Below, one piece after another: positions 25,697-26,351 of a DNA stretch of 26,351 nucleotides. Where the stretch lies: the IMG/VR virus record IMGVR_UViG_3300032218_000603, positions 1 through 26,351 of that record. The stretch is one strand, 5' to 3'. The first letter of the stretch is position 1. Each line of letters starts with the position of its first letter. The notes under the pieces were generated by a model, which was given only the letters and a program-made list of their open reading frames with translations, ran no database searches and was not told the origin of the DNA. Position numbers and translations under genes: made by a program. The stretch comes from a virus (Duplodnaviria; Caudoviricetes).

Positions 25697-25747
25697 TTAC
25701 TACCACTATTTGTTGGGGTTTACAACTGTTAAGATACAACGTATAGA
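25697..25747. promoter_or_regulatory. Overlapping divergent sigma70-like promoter candidates
   Basis: Plus: TTTACA(25719)-17 bp-TATAGA(25742). Minus: TTGTAA-17 bp-TAGTAA with TGn (25697-25725). Confidence 0.45.
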
Positions 25748-25753
25748 GTTTAC

Positions 25754-25820
25754 AACTTCCGTGGATGTATCGGAAGGCAAGTCATAAAGCCGTCAGGGGA
25801 AACTCTGGCGGTTTTTGTTT
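25754..25820 (+). ncRNA. Candidate small RNA (two hairpins, ends in an intrinsic terminator)
   Basis: CTTCCG-9 nt-CGGAAG; GCCGTCAGGG-GAAA-CTCTGGCGGT-TTTTGTTT; promoter-like site upstream; no ORF. Confidence 0.45.
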
Positions 25821-25953
25821 GGGTATGGGGGGGGGTTCCAAAAAAGGGGGTGGGGGGTTAGTTGTTTCAGAAATGAGAAGTAGTGGGGAATTTTGGTAGA
25901 TTTTGGGAGGTGGGGGGTTCCTTTTTATGGGGTAGGGGTATGATAATAGGGGG
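25821..25953 (+). other. G-tract-rich non-coding segment
   Basis: Runs of G3 to G9, all on the plus strand. Confidence 0.85.
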
Positions 25954-25955
25954 TC

Positions 25956-26155
25956 TACCCATACTTCGTATGGGTATTGTCAATAAATTGACATGTAAGA
26001 TTATTGACATGCCATTACATTGACACGTCAATGTAATGACAATGACGTTAGGTAAGCGTTGCTTACCTATGGTTATCACCTTACCTATGGTAAGGTGCTT
26101 ACTATACGTTAGCAATGCTTGACGTTGCGTCAAGCAAGCTATGCATTTATGCATA
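25956..26155. repeat. Array of perfect inverted repeats plus 16-bp-period direct repeats
   Basis: Stems at 25956-25976, 26013-26038, 26049-26069, 26077-26097, 26116-26136 and 26140-26155; A(T/A)TGACA at 25987, 26003, 26019 and 26035. Confidence 0.9.
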
Positions 26156-26246
26156 TCTGCCACGCGCTTGCATGGCTATCTCAACCTGTCAAAACGTTTA
26201 TAGTCGGGACTGTAAGCAATTCGCTTATGAATGTGGAGATGAAGAC

Positions 26247-26351
26247 ATGAACTACGTTATTGAATATGGATATCATAAGCTAATCATTCCCGTTAACGCT
26301 CGTACCGCTGAAGCGGTATCTCTTCTCTTTGCAGAGAAGAATGTTTACGAG
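26247..26351 (+). CDS. Partial gene running off the right edge (MNYVIEYGYHKLIIPVNARTAEAVSLLFAEKNVYE...)
   Basis: GGAGA SD, ATG at 26247, open to the edge; divergent from the structural operon. Confidence 0.6.
   Translation, partial: MNYVIEYGYHKLIIPVNARTAEAVSLLFAEKNVYE

Noticed and set aside
25961-25971. Resemblance of ATACTTCGTAT to a loxP arm
   Set aside because: Imperfect single partial match, without 13-8-13 architecture or a recombinase in the window
25956-26155. CRISPR array or tRNA
   Set aside because: There is no constant repeat with unique spacers, and no cloverleaf or T-loop consensus
25867-26163. 98-aa minus-strand ORF
   Set aside because: It runs through the palindrome and G-tract region with no SD, and the poly-Pro end derives from G-runs; likely spurious

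Overview
The window is the head, packaging and tail module of a tailed dsDNA phage. It looks podovirus-like: no tape measure, sheath or tube gene is visible, and it has adaptor and nozzle genes. Read right to left on the minus strand it encodes: HTH-metallophosphoesterase, a two-gene plus-strand island, small and large terminase, portal, an 860-aa low-complexity protein punctuated by basic-x-x-GG motifs, a small protein, a GroES-like co-chaperonin, scaffold, a conserved hypothetical, a decoration-like protein, a Mu-gpT-like major capsid protein, further virion proteins (one very His-rich), adaptors, two fibre proteins, a holin-like protein, a NUMOD4-HNH endonuclease and a P22 gp10-like nozzle. 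Five things stand out: (1) a GG-motif-delimited, cassette-like candidate capsid-cargo polyprotein with DNA repeats at its module borders; (2) an HNH gene that appears to have split the tail-fibre C-terminus and supplied a replacement end; (3) a non-coding array of perfect, same-geometry but different-sequence palindromes next to 16-bp-period repeats and G-tracts; (4) a twin-hairpin structured leader upstream of the capsid genes; (5) a candidate ~65-nt sRNA. Family names come from motif recognition and gene order only; no searches were run.
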